From positions 1 to 57,665 of the IMG/VR virus record IMGVR_UViG_3300008113_000328: a stretch of DNA of 57,665 nucleotides; one strand, 5' to 3'. The notes below the pieces were generated by a model. That model worked only from the letters and a program-made list of their open reading frames with translations, was not told where the DNA came from and did no database searches. The DNA is from a virus (taxonomy: Duplodnaviria; Caudoviricetes). Of this stretch, positions 10,172 through 17,938 are shown piece after piece; position 1 is the first letter of the stretch; every line of letters begins with the position of its first letter. The position numbers and the translations under genes are program-made.

Positions 10172-11636
10172 TAGTCATTGCTTTTTTAAAGTGTGAAACT
10201 GTATAGTCTTTCTTCTTAGTAACCGCCTTGTATATGTCCTGCTCAATGCCGCCCTTGGTGAACACCCAATACACGTTGTTCGCAGGTCTGTCCTTCGTAG
10301 TCATCCTGTCCTTGCTCTGCCAATAACTTGTTGCACTGAAGTCAATGTTGTAGTACACCAAGAACTCAGCTTGCTTGAGCGAGATACCCTCCCTGCCCGA
10401 GACAATCTGAAGAGCGATGTTCTTATCGGTGTCTTCAAAGACACTCAGTTCAGTTGTCAATGCATCACCGAATACCTGCTTCAATGCGTTGAGTTCTTCC
10501 TTGAACTTGTAGAAGATTCCAATCTTCTTGCCCTTGAATTTCCTCTTAATGAACTCAGCCTTGGTGGTATCTATTACCATCGAGTTGCCGCTTTCAAACT
10601 TGACCGTGCCCGAGTATATCTGATGCAGCTTCATCATCAACTTAACAGGAGTGTCAGCCAATATCACCTCATCTCTTCCCTCAATCACCAACTCTTTCTT
10701 GAGACGATTAGCTAATGAATAAGTTGACTGCCTCATCTCAACCTCAAGTATCTCCTCAGTAGTTGTGGTTACAAACCCTGCCTGAGCCTGAGTGTAGCTA
10801 ATGGTATATGGCTTCATCACCTCAAGTATATCCTCGCTACCCTTAGAGTAATCCTTAATGACCAATCCGTTGATTCTTTTCTCTCGAACCTTAACGTACT
10901 TGTCACAGAACCTGTAGAAGTTTTGGAACTCAGCGAATGGATTACCCGGTATGCCGTACACCTGATGGTACATCTGAGAATACGACTCAGGCGTTGGTGT
11001 CCCCGACAGAAGGATGACCATTGGCTTGTGCTTTCTGATTAGGTCTTTTACCATTAGCGCACGCTGACTTGGCTTAGGGAATGCGCCTATGCTATGCGCC
11101 TCATCACAGATAATCAAGTCCCATTTAATGCTTGAGTCAATCGTATGCAGACTCTCGTAGTTGATGATGTGCAAGTTGTAGGTTGGACTCAGCAAGTTAT
11201 AGTCCCGCTCAATAGATTCTATTGCCTTCTTCTTTGTTATGAACAGGACGTTGTTAGCATTCATCTTCTGAGAGATGCCAAGGCTTGTTAGTGTCTTGCC
11301 CGTGCGCACCTCCATCGCAAGATAAAGAAACCTATACTTTGAAAGTATGACAGAACCCTTGAGAATGATTTCTTTTTGATAATCCCTTAGCATTAACTTA
11401 CTCTCCCTTTCTACATCCTGCTCGTGCAGTTTCTTATAGTACTCACAACTGCGAAGTATTCGGTCGATAGTTTCCCTGTCTGTCTTGTGCTTGGGAACCT
11501 CAACTATTTTTACCTGCTTGCCCCTTCCTTCTTTTACCTGCTTGGTTGCTAACACTACTTGTTTCATAAGTTCGCACTCTTTCCACATATACAGGTTGCT
11601 TGTACCTGATACTCGTTCAATGATATCCTCTTTCAT
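10164..11636 (-). CDS. SF2 (SNF2-like) DEAH helicase
   Basis: LRDYQ Q-motif, MEVRTGKT, ICDEAH, LSGTP, GREGISL, QSKDR. The core starts at ATG 11393, after an ~80-aa N-terminal extension. Confidence 0.9.
   Translation of the reverse strand: MKEDIIERVSGTSNLYMWKECELMKQVVLATKQVKEGRGKQVKIVEVPKHKTDRETIDRILRSCEYYKKLHEQDVERESKLMLRDYQKEIILKGSVILSKYRFLYLAMEVRTGKTLTSLGISQKMNANNVLFITKKKAIESIERDYNLLSPTYNLHIINYESLHTIDSSIKWDLIICDEAHSIGAFPKPSQRALMVKDLIRKHKPMVILLSGTPTPESYSQMYHQVYGIPGNPFAEFQNFYRFCDKYVKVREKRINGLVIKDYSKGSEDILEVMKPYTISYTQAQAGFVTTTTEEILEVEMRQSTYSLANRLKKELVIEGRDEVILADTPVKLMMKLHQIYSGTVKFESGNSMVIDTTKAEFIKRKFKGKKIGIFYKFKEELNALKQVFGDALTTELSVFEDTDKNIALQIVSGREGISLKQAEFLVYYNIDFSATSYWQSKDRMTTKDRPANNVYWVFTKGGIEQDIYKAVTKKKDYTVSHFKKAMTND
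10429..10444. repeat. 16-bp near-palindrome inside the helicase CDS
   Basis: Exact GTGTCTTCAAAGACAC on + (antisense to the helicase mRNA). Confidence 0.85.
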
Positions 11637-11968
11637 TTAATTAATCTTTTATTGCATTTAGCACATTTCATTTTCTTAGTATACTCTGCTATCTCAGGAC
11701 ACTCGCAATCGCAAGACTCAATCTTAGATGTGCCATCCTCATTAAAGTTCTTGGACATATACTCACTGATTGCAAGGCAGTGCTCATACATCTCCTGCTG
11801 TTGGAAGTAGTACATTATAAAGTTGAGTGCCTCAATACTTATCTCCTCATCAGGGATATGAGAAAAAAGCGGTACGCCCGAATCCATTATCTCGTCAATG
11901 GTAAACGCTTCGGTGATTACATTGTATGAGTTAAGCATAGCAATGTGTATCTTCTGTTGCTCCGTCAT
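11633..11968 (-). CDS. Hypothetical protein with C-terminal Cys cluster
   Basis: ATG at 11968 overlaps the primase TAA (TAATG coupling); CDCEC..CAKC. Confidence 0.6.
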   Translation of the reverse strand: MTEQQKIHIAMLNSYNVITEAFTIDEIMDSGVPLFSHIPDEEISIEALNFIMYYFQQQEMYEHCLAISEYMSKNFNEDGTSKIESCDCECPEIAEYTKKMKCAKCNKRLIK

Positions 11969-14391
11969 TAGTCTATGTTTGTTTGGTTTTGAAATTCTGA
12001 ATCCTGTTTTTTCTTGATGATAATCCAACGCCCTGATTGGTCGCGTCCTTCCTCAGGCATTGTACCCTCCTTGAACATAGCGTAAGATACTAACCACTTA
12101 TAGAACCTTGTTCTGCTGATGGTCATCTTAGACTTAGGCCCGTAGTCAGGATACTCCTCAATGAAGTTATAGTACAGGTCGTTCTTGTATAGACGGATGC
12201 CTGAGTCAAGTACAACATTGCGCTCTTGATTATCGACAAGACCACACCATTCGATAAACTCGTGGCAAGTCTCTGCTGATAGCTGACGAACCTTGAGGTT
12301 AACGAACTTGGACTTGACCAATCCCGTGCGGAGGTATGACTTGAGACATCCAATCATATAGTTGTCGAAGTCGCACCAATCGTCATCATTCCAATCACCG
12401 AACATCAACTTTCCAAACTCATCTAGCGGAGTGAAGTCTTTCCTGTAGTACTGATGTAGTTCAAGTTCCCACTTGCGTCTAGCGAATGAGTTACCTGCAC
12501 CCTTAATTGCATAGTTGGTAGTGATGGCAATCTTCGGTGACTTGCTAAATGGAATCTTGATTGCATCCTTGTTCTTCTTCTCGAGTGTCAACCCCTCAGT
12601 TACCACAGAGAACAGACGCTCGAAGTCGAAGTGTTTCTTCACGTCATCAAAGCAGAGTATCTGCGTGTCGGCAGACACAAGTTGGTACGCGAATGAACGC
12701 TCAAAGGTGAACGACTTACCATCAATCACCACAAGTTTCTTCAGGTTGCTCAGCGCGTTCATCAGAAGTCCCTTGCCTGTACCACCCTCAGGGTTGTCGC
12801 TAATCACCTCATCGTTTAAGATGATGGCAGGGCAGAACGATAGGTTCTTATACCCGTGCATCAGGAATCCGATGGTGCTCTCCATAGACCTGACCCTGCT
12901 CTCGTCACCGCCATTGATGTTGACAACGAGCTGCTTGAAGTCGCACCTGCCCGTCACCTCACAGATGCTGAAGACCCTATCTATCACGTGGTCTTTCCAC
13001 ACGTAACCGCCAAGGTCGAGGTAGTCGATTGGTGTTACCTCGTCCTTTGTAATCTTCACCGCGCAGTTCTTGTAGTATAGGTACGAGCAGTCTTTGTTGT
13101 CGGCAATGAAGTAGATGTCTATGGTAGACAGCATTGACAAGAACTCTTCCTTGAAGAACCTCGTGTTGTCTGCAAAGTAGTTGTATACGGATATGTCATC
13201 CAACTCAAGCAGGTGCGCAAGCACGAAGTCCTTTATCTCTTTCTCTGATGTGTGGTCGATGAGGTTGTTGGTTACCTTAACGAACACGTAGTTCTTACCA
13301 CCCTCGGGGCAGTACTTGTAGAACCCATTGTCTTCCAAGAACTGCTTGAACAGGATGTGGATTATCTTGATGACTCCCTTATCGTTCTTAGTCCAAAAGG
13401 TTTGCTTGGCGTTCTCTTCCTCGACCTTGTTCAGGACTGATTCAATTACCTCACTATCCAAGTTAGAGTCTTGCAGTTGGTAGCGTATCTCTTTTTTTGA
13501 TACGCCCCTCCGCAACTTAGCTTTGATTTGATTGACCCTCTCCTCGTCCTCGTAGTACTTAGTTCCGAAGTTTGCCGTGTGCTTGTACGCTGAGTCAATT
13601 GTTGTTGCAATCTCACGTGTGGTGAAGTCTTCGGTAGCGTATTGGTTGAGCACGTATGATGCAAGACCCTTGTTGATTCCAAAGTCATTGAACGCCATCG
13701 CAAGTACGTATGCGTTCTGATTCCTCTGCCCCTCATACATCGGGTATTTCTTTGTCCACCACTTTACGAGGATATCCACAATCTTATTCTCGTCAGTGAT
13801 TGGGATAGTCGGTTGGTCTTTGACCTTACTCACCTCATTGTACTCAGCCTCCTCAATCGTGTCCCATATGGACGAGTTCTCGTTGACGTGGATGAGTGGG
13901 TCGTATGACTCGTAACATACACGGCTCAGGTTCTTGCTCGTCTTGTCGAAGTACGGAGAGTTGAAGTGTTTCTCAAGTGAGTTGAAATAGTTGGTGTGGT
14001 TCTCGGGGTCAGCAGGTATCTTGACGAGAGCCTTGAGACCATTGCCTGATGGTGAGATGAATACGCTGAACACGTACTTGCTCTTGCTCAGGTTCTCCTT
14101 GTCCTGTAGTAGTTCCTTCTGCTTGGTGTACCCATCGAAGTCCAAACAGATTAGACCTGAGTGCTCGATGATTGCGCTGTCTGAACGCTTGTTGAACTTA
14201 CCACTGAAGCAGATGGCAGGCAGTTGCTTCTTCATCTCGTTGCGCTCGGGCTTCCGCTTCTCTGCGCGGATGCGCTTGACCAAGTCTTTGCTTGCCCCGT
14301 CCTTGATGCGCTCAAGTATCTTGTGTACCTCTCTGAAGAAAGGTGTGTCCGTGTCACGGATGTTCTGAAAGATGGTTATCGTGCCGTTCAT
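11968..14391 (-). CDS. Primase-helicase (VirE-N/BT4734-like N-terminus, PriCT-like region, SF3/D5-like P-loop ATPase)
   Basis: KKQLPAICFSG, HSGLICLDFD, FISPSGNGLK, GQRNQNAY, GGTGKGLL, LCFDDV, ITTNY. Confidence 0.85.
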   Translation of the reverse strand: MNGTITIFQNIRDTDTPFFREVHKILERIKDGASKDLVKRIRAEKRKPERNEMKKQLPAICFSGKFNKRSDSAIIEHSGLICLDFDGYTKQKELLQDKENLSKSKYVFSVFISPSGNGLKALVKIPADPENHTNYFNSLEKHFNSPYFDKTSKNLSRVCYESYDPLIHVNENSSIWDTIEEAEYNEVSKVKDQPTIPITDENKIVDILVKWWTKKYPMYEGQRNQNAYVLAMAFNDFGINKGLASYVLNQYATEDFTTREIATTIDSAYKHTANFGTKYYEDEERVNQIKAKLRRGVSKKEIRYQLQDSNLDSEVIESVLNKVEEENAKQTFWTKNDKGVIKIIHILFKQFLEDNGFYKYCPEGGKNYVFVKVTNNLIDHTSEKEIKDFVLAHLLELDDISVYNYFADNTRFFKEEFLSMLSTIDIYFIADNKDCSYLYYKNCAVKITKDEVTPIDYLDLGGYVWKDHVIDRVFSICEVTGRCDFKQLVVNINGGDESRVRSMESTIGFLMHGYKNLSFCPAIILNDEVISDNPEGGTGKGLLMNALSNLKKLVVIDGKSFTFERSFAYQLVSADTQILCFDDVKKHFDFERLFSVVTEGLTLEKKNKDAIKIPFSKSPKIAITTNYAIKGAGNSFARRKWELELHQYYRKDFTPLDEFGKLMFGDWNDDDWCDFDNYMIGCLKSYLRTGLVKSKFVNLKVRQLSAETCHEFIEWCGLVDNQERNVVLDSGIRLYKNDLYYNFIEEYPDYGPKSKMTISRTRFYKWLVSYAMFKEGTMPEEGRDQSGRWIIIKKKQDSEFQNQTNID

Positions 14392-14552
14392 ATGTCGATT
14401 TTATGATAGATTTTTTTTAGCTAAGTGACTGACCCATAGTATCTATGTCTTTTATGTCAATTTTTTAATTAAAATAATAATAATAAAAAAAAGAGAGAGA
14501 AGAGAAGTATATATAGAGAGATAGGGGTCTTTGTCTTGGCATCTTTGACATT
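14391..14552. other. AT-rich region with TATGTC repeats; candidate replication origin A
   Basis: Repeated TATGTC(G/A/T), an AAT tract, a purine tract, TATATAGAG and an inverted TTGACAT; directly upstream of the primase-helicase gene. Confidence 0.4.
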
Positions 14553-14562
14553 GGTTAGAGCC

Positions 14563-14587
14563 AAAAAAAGGGGGATGTTCTCCCCCT
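14563..14587 (-). terminator. Intrinsic terminator after the SSB-like gene
   Basis: Minus strand AGGGGGA-GAACA-TCCCCCT followed by a U-run. Confidence 0.75.
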
Positions 14588-14607
14588 ATTTTGGGTTAAC
14601 TCATTGA

Positions 14608-14916
14608 TTAGAAAGGTAGTTCCTCTTCCTCCTCGCTTGTCTGCTTGGGCTTAGGACTTGCTTTCGCTGTGGGTTTTTCCGACACCTTTGGTTCAGCCTT
14701 GGCTGCGCTCTTAGGTTCGTAGGTGTCCAACTCAAGGTAGTAGTTACCACTACGCGCTTGTTTGACATTGAGGTTTGTCCATCCTCCCTTCTCGTGTTTC
14801 TTGAGAAAGGCGATAGCCTCATCCACTTTCATTGATAGTCTACCGACAACGAAGTCGGGTGCATTCTCGCTACGCTTGAACGAGAATCCGTCTGCAAAGA
14901 TTTTCTCTTCTGCCAT
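14608..14916 (-). CDS. Putative single-stranded DNA-binding protein
   Basis: Small beta-rich core, low-complexity linker and acidic tail EEEEELPF like the SSB C-terminal DDDIPF; lies next to the exonuclease and Sak genes. Confidence 0.6.
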   Translation of the reverse strand: MAEEKIFADGFSFKRSENAPDFVVGRLSMKVDEAIAFLKKHEKGGWTNLNVKQARSGNYYLELDTYEPKSAAKAEPKVSEKPTAKASPKPKQTSEEEEELPF

Positions 14917-14934
14917 TTGAATTGATTTTTGTTT

Positions 14935-14988
14935 GCCCCAATCTGTTTGTTAACTGAGCAATGAATCCTTGGGGCTGAACTCATTACT
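14935..14988 (-). promoter_or_regulatory. H-type RNA pseudoknot in the 5' leader of the SSB-like gene
   Basis: S1 AGUAAUGAGUUC/GGAUUCAUUGCU (12 bp incl. G-U), L1 a single A, S2 GCCCCAA/UUGGGGC (7 bp), L3 15 nt; ends 18 nt before the ATG. Confidence 0.65.
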
Positions 14989-14994
14989 TAGTGG

Positions 14995-15010
14995 GTGTCT
15001 TTAAAGACAC
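14995..15010. repeat. Perfect-palindrome variant GTGTCTTTAAAGACAC at the 3' end of the tRNA-like element
   Basis: Lies 3 nt past the discriminator base. Confidence 0.85.
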
Positions 15011-15013
15011 TTG

Positions 15014-15106
15014 TAGTCAGGACAGGACTCGAACCTGTAAAAAGGTAGGCTATGTACACTTGCCGTTTGAAGAACACTTGCAATTACCCATTTCTGCCAC
15101 CTGACT
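15014..15106 (-). tRNA. tRNA-like element / pseudo-tRNA with unassignable anticodon
   Basis: Acceptor AGTCAGG/CCTGACT+A, D-like arm TGGCAGAAATGGGTAATTGC and a perfect T arm ACAGG-TTCGAGT-CCTGT. The central region does not form a canonical anticodon arm. Confidence 0.6.
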
Positions 15107-15108
15107 AT

Positions 15109-15210
15109 TTAGAAGAGGGAGGGGTAGCTATCCCCTCCGATTGAATTACTGACCACACTCAGAAGTTACTCGAGTCGTTCTGAGCGCAGAGGTTCTGTTC
15201 ACTCTTCCAA
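15109..15210 (-). ncRNA. Structured RNA (three-way junction) immediately 5' of the tRNA-like element
   Basis: Closing stem UUGGAAGAG/CUCUUCUAA, arm CUGCGCUCAGAA/UUCUGAGUGUGG and hairpin GGAGGGG/CCCCUCC; the G-U pairs favour the minus strand. Confidence 0.45.
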
Positions 15211-15215
15211 ATTTA

Positions 15216-15956
15216 TTAATCTAATGTCTCGTCAATGTAGTAGTTGATGATGTCATCCGTTGGGTTCTCACCGAAGTACTTGTTGTACACCTCGATGGCA
15301 CGGGCAACTTTCATCTCACCACCCTTGATAAAGTTCTCAGTTGGTCTGAACACACCAAGCTGTCCTGTCTCCTTGTCTACCACGTAGAACACGAGCGGCT
15401 TGCCAAACAACTGCTGATAGATGTAGCACTGAGAGTCGTAGTTGTACGCCTTAGCTGACCACTTGAACTTGTTGATGTCTGAGGTGGTCTTCAGGTCAAT
15501 GATGCAGTCAGCTGTTACGATGTCGGCCTTACCCTTCCACATCATCCCCTGTATCTCACCTACCGATGGCAACTCATACTGATTGCCTTCCTGATATATC
15601 TCATCATAGAACGTGATGTTCCCCTTCATCAAGGACACAAGATGCTCCACCTCCTCGACCTCCTTCTTCAGCATACAGAACGGCAGGTTGTGGGTCTCGC
15701 AGTAGTTTTTGTACTCCTTGGTGTTACGTGTGGTCACGTCCACGAACTTGACATCCTTCGCCTTCTCAGGTTCAATCATTAGCTGATGGAAGTACCTGCC
15801 CTCCATAAATGATTTGTTATCCTCACGTGGCTTGCCAAAGTTCTTAGGGTTGGTCAGCAGTGTGCCGATGTCTGAGTTGGATAAGTACTCCTTGCCAACT
15901 CCGTTGTAGTATTCGTAGTCATCCTTCAATGACTCAATGATTGATGTGTTACTCAT
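15216..15956 (-). CDS. RecE/ExoVIII-like PD-(D/E)XK exonuclease
   Basis: YLSNSDI, GRYFHQLMIEP, WKGKADIV..IIDLKTT, YNYDSQCYIY. Confidence 0.85.
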   Translation of the reverse strand: MSNTSIIESLKDDYEYYNGVGKEYLSNSDIGTLLTNPKNFGKPREDNKSFMEGRYFHQLMIEPEKAKDVKFVDVTTRNTKEYKNYCETHNLPFCMLKKEVEEVEHLVSLMKGNITFYDEIYQEGNQYELPSVGEIQGMMWKGKADIVTADCIIDLKTTSDINKFKWSAKAYNYDSQCYIYQQLFGKPLVFYVVDKETGQLGVFRPTENFIKGGEMKVARAIEVYNKYFGENPTDDIINYYIDETLD

Positions 15957-15960
15957 ATGA

Positions 15961-16563
15961 TTAAGCGTTGATTAAGTTAGTGATTTCCTTCTTTACTGCG
16001 GCTGATAGCTTATACTTTCTACCAAGCTGTTGGGTAATCTTATTAACACCCAATTGTTTATTGGCAGCAACGTACTGCACCACCTTGTTCCACGTTGGTG
16101 ACTGAGTGTCAACAGCCAAGTCAGCTAACGCAGGGGCAGGTGCTGCCTCCTGTGTGGTTGTCATCTCGGGCATATCCTCCCCTGTCCACAGGCTGAGTCC
16201 GAGTCCGTGCATTGCGATAGCCTTAGCTGTTGAACGCTGAATAGTTTTGTTCACGTCCATCGCGCTAATCTTCTCAAGCGGAATCGCATTGTTGCGGTAG
16301 TCCATCACGGGCAGGTAGTCGATGTGCTCAAGTCCGTTAACGATGATGCCCACCTTCACGTATGCTGTCTTGCCATCGGTGAAGTAGTTGAACCCTGTGT
16401 GGTCGTGCTCATAGACCTTGCGCTGTGCATCAGGGTAGATATGTTTGAGCATAGCCCAAGCATTCGCCCACGATAGGTAGTCAAGATTACCCTTGCGCTC
16501 TATCTTTTCCTTGACATTGATTGATGATAGTGTGCTGAACACTGATTGATTTGATTGTGACAT
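15961..16563 (-). CDS. sak: Sak/Rad52-like single-strand annealing protein
   Basis: LSSINVKEKIERKGNLDYLSWANAW..LPVMDYRNNAI..DVNKTIQRSTAKAIAMHGLGL. Confidence 0.85.
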   Translation of the reverse strand: MSQSNQSVFSTLSSINVKEKIERKGNLDYLSWANAWAMLKHIYPDAQRKVYEHDHTGFNYFTDGKTAYVKVGIIVNGLEHIDYLPVMDYRNNAIPLEKISAMDVNKTIQRSTAKAIAMHGLGLSLWTGEDMPEMTTTQEAAPAPALADLAVDTQSPTWNKVVQYVAANKQLGVNKITQQLGRKYKLSAAVKKEITNLINA

Positions 16564-16577
16564 ATGATGATTAAGTT

Positions 16578-16880
16578 TTAGATTGATACTGATTTACTGA
16601 TTTCTTTTACGAGGTGGCGGTAGTCTATGTCTCGCTCGACCTTCTTCTCTACAGAGTTAATCCCGTGTATGATTGAGGAGTGCTGAATGTCGTAGCCATT
16701 CTCCTTCAAATACTTTTGGATATAGGTTATCTGTATGTGGCGAATTGAACATAGGAAGTACAACAGGTGTCTTGCATCAGCTAGGTCTCTGCGTTTGTTC
16801 TTAGAGAACAACTCTTCCCTGCTTATCCGTGCCTGTTCAACAACCTTCTCAACGTACTGATTAAAAACATCTTGCTTCAT
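16578..16880 (-). CDS. Second DnaA domain IV-like HTH protein
   Basis: FSKNKRRDLADARHLLYFLC...HSSIIHGINSVE. Confidence 0.65.
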   Translation of the reverse strand: MKQDVFNQYVEKVVEQARISREELFSKNKRRDLADARHLLYFLCSIRHIQITYIQKYLKENGYDIQHSSIIHGINSVEKKVERDIDYRHLVKEISKSVSI

Positions 16881-16900
16881 TTCGATTGGATTTTATGGTA

Positions 16901-16908
16901 CAAAGATA
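16901..16908 (-). promoter_or_regulatory. Bacteroidota -7 promoter element (TATCTTTG)
   Basis: TAnnTTTG about 20 nt upstream of the ATG at 16880. Confidence 0.6.
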
Positions 16909-16944
16909 GTCAATATGTGTATCATTTGTACATTTATTTAATAA

Positions 16945-17202
16945 TTATTTTAACTTGTTTATAACTTTCTCAGCGTACAGATACCACAGCGCAGACTCAA
17001 CCGCGTCAAGTACTTTGTGTTGTATCTCACGCTTGCCCTTCTTGATATAGAAGTCGTTTGATTTAAGCACCTGTATGATGAAGTCGTGTGTGTACATCAC
17101 AACCTCCGCGCAGTTTGGGTTCAGCTTTACATTGGGGTTCTCCTTCAGATATACCGCAATCGGGGTGACCCTTCCCGTCTTTACAAAGTCTTCAAATTTC
17201 AT
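16945..17202 (-). CDS. Hypothetical protein
   Basis: 85-aa ATG ORF coupled to the upstream gene. Confidence 0.6.
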   Translation of the reverse strand: MKFEDFVKTGRVTPIAVYLKENPNVKLNPNCAEVVMYTHDFIIQVLKSNDFYIKKGKREIQHKVLDAVESALWYLYAEKVINKLK

Positions 17203-17420
17203 CTTCTTGTTTTGTGTTTAAATGATAGTGATACAATCAAAGCACCCAAGACTACAATTATCATTAGCCAAAAGGTGTCGAGTAGAATTGCCTTGAGTAG
17301 GGACGATGGGCTTTCAGCCTCATCAATCAGGTTAAGCATAGCCCTCACTGAATAACCTGCAATAATGATGTAGATTAATCCGAGGAACAGAGCCTCGTAA
17401 ACTTTTAGAATCTTATTCAT
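17199..17420 (-). CDS. Small two-TM membrane protein
   Basis: Two hydrophobic stretches and a basic C-terminus. Confidence 0.6.
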   Translation of the reverse strand: MNKILKVYEALFLGLIYIIIAGYSVRAMLNLIDEAESPSSLLKAILLDTFWLMIIVVLGALIVSLSFKHKTRR

Positions 17421-17431
17421 TGTATATTGGT

Positions 17432-17836
17432 TTAGATGATTGACCTTCTTTCCACCTTGTATATCTCATATCCACCTGCCCTTCGCAAGCACTCGATGGC
17501 TTCCTCCTCAGTTATCACGGGCAATGTTTTGAACACAACCTTGTTAGTACTGAGCACAGCCTCGCCATTCTTTTTGTCGTTGTACAGGCTCATCGTTTTG
17601 CGATGCTCTTTAAAAAACACAGACAGCTGTTTAGTTGACAAGGGTTCAGGGGCAATCCAATTGTAGTGTCCCTTTGAAGAGGACACAATCCAATTGAGTT
17701 TGCGAAGTGTGACAAAGACCTTGGCATCAACCCTTGCTTTCTTGCGAATCTCATCGAGGTTGAATGTCTTTAAGCGTGAGCATTCTTTTAATAGGAGAGT
17801 CCATCTCTCCTCGGCTTGTTTACTTACTTGTCTCAT
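17432..17836 (-). CDS. Hypothetical protein (start revised to ATG 17836)
   Basis: A-rich leader AAATTAAATCTAATCAAATG; the longer ORF call would run through the ribozyme. Confidence 0.6.
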   Translation of the reverse strand: MRQVSKQAEERWTLLLKECSRLKTFNLDEIRKKARVDAKVFVTLRKLNWIVSSSKGHYNWIAPEPLSTKQLSVFFKEHRKTMSLYNDKKNGEAVLSTNKVVFKTLPVITEEEAIECLRRAGGYEIYKVERRSII

Positions 17837-17859
17837 TTGATTAGATTTAATTTGAGTTA

Positions 17860-17910
17860 CCCGTTTCATCCTTTCGGAATCATCAGCTGAGGCACACACC
17901 TCAGTACGGG
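17860..17910 (-). ncRNA. Type III hammerhead ribozyme HHR-1
   Basis: CCCG-UA^CUGAGG-UGUGUG-CCUCAG-CUGAUGA-UUCC-GAAA-GGAU-GAAA-CGGG; predicted cut 17905/17904. Confidence 0.92.
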
Positions 17911-17913
17911 GGA

Positions 17914-17929
17914 GTGTCTTTGAAGACAC
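17914..17929. repeat. 16-bp near-palindrome GTGTCTTCAAAGACAC (sense on -)
   Basis: Exact copy, immediately 5' of HHR-1. Confidence 0.9.
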
Positions 17930-17938
17930 CCCCTGTGA

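Noticed and set aside
11394-11636. Intein or mobile insertion in the helicase N-terminus
   Set aside because: No splicing motifs; more likely a small upstream gene fused in frame.
14917-15013. Theta/HDV-like ribozyme at the tRNA 3' end
   Set aside because: I could not build the nested double pseudoknot or place a catalytic C; the region is explained by the hairpin plus a simple H-type pseudoknot.
15060-15080. UCA (opal suppressor/Sec) anticodon and stop-codon recoding
   Set aside because: The stem around CTTCAAA does not pair, and genes end normally at TGA, TAG and TAA with dense packing under code 11.
17665-17686. GTGTCCCTTTGAAGAGGACAC as another palindrome copy (also the half site GTGTCTTCAA at 5051)
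   Set aside because: Different spacing or only half the motif, within a CDS; may be chance.
17837-17929. N-terminal extensions of ORF-track calls 17432-17929, 17939-19090 and 22598-22900
   Set aside because: They run through a ribozyme or promoter; downstream ATGs have proper leaders, and the GATase needs Cys at position 2.
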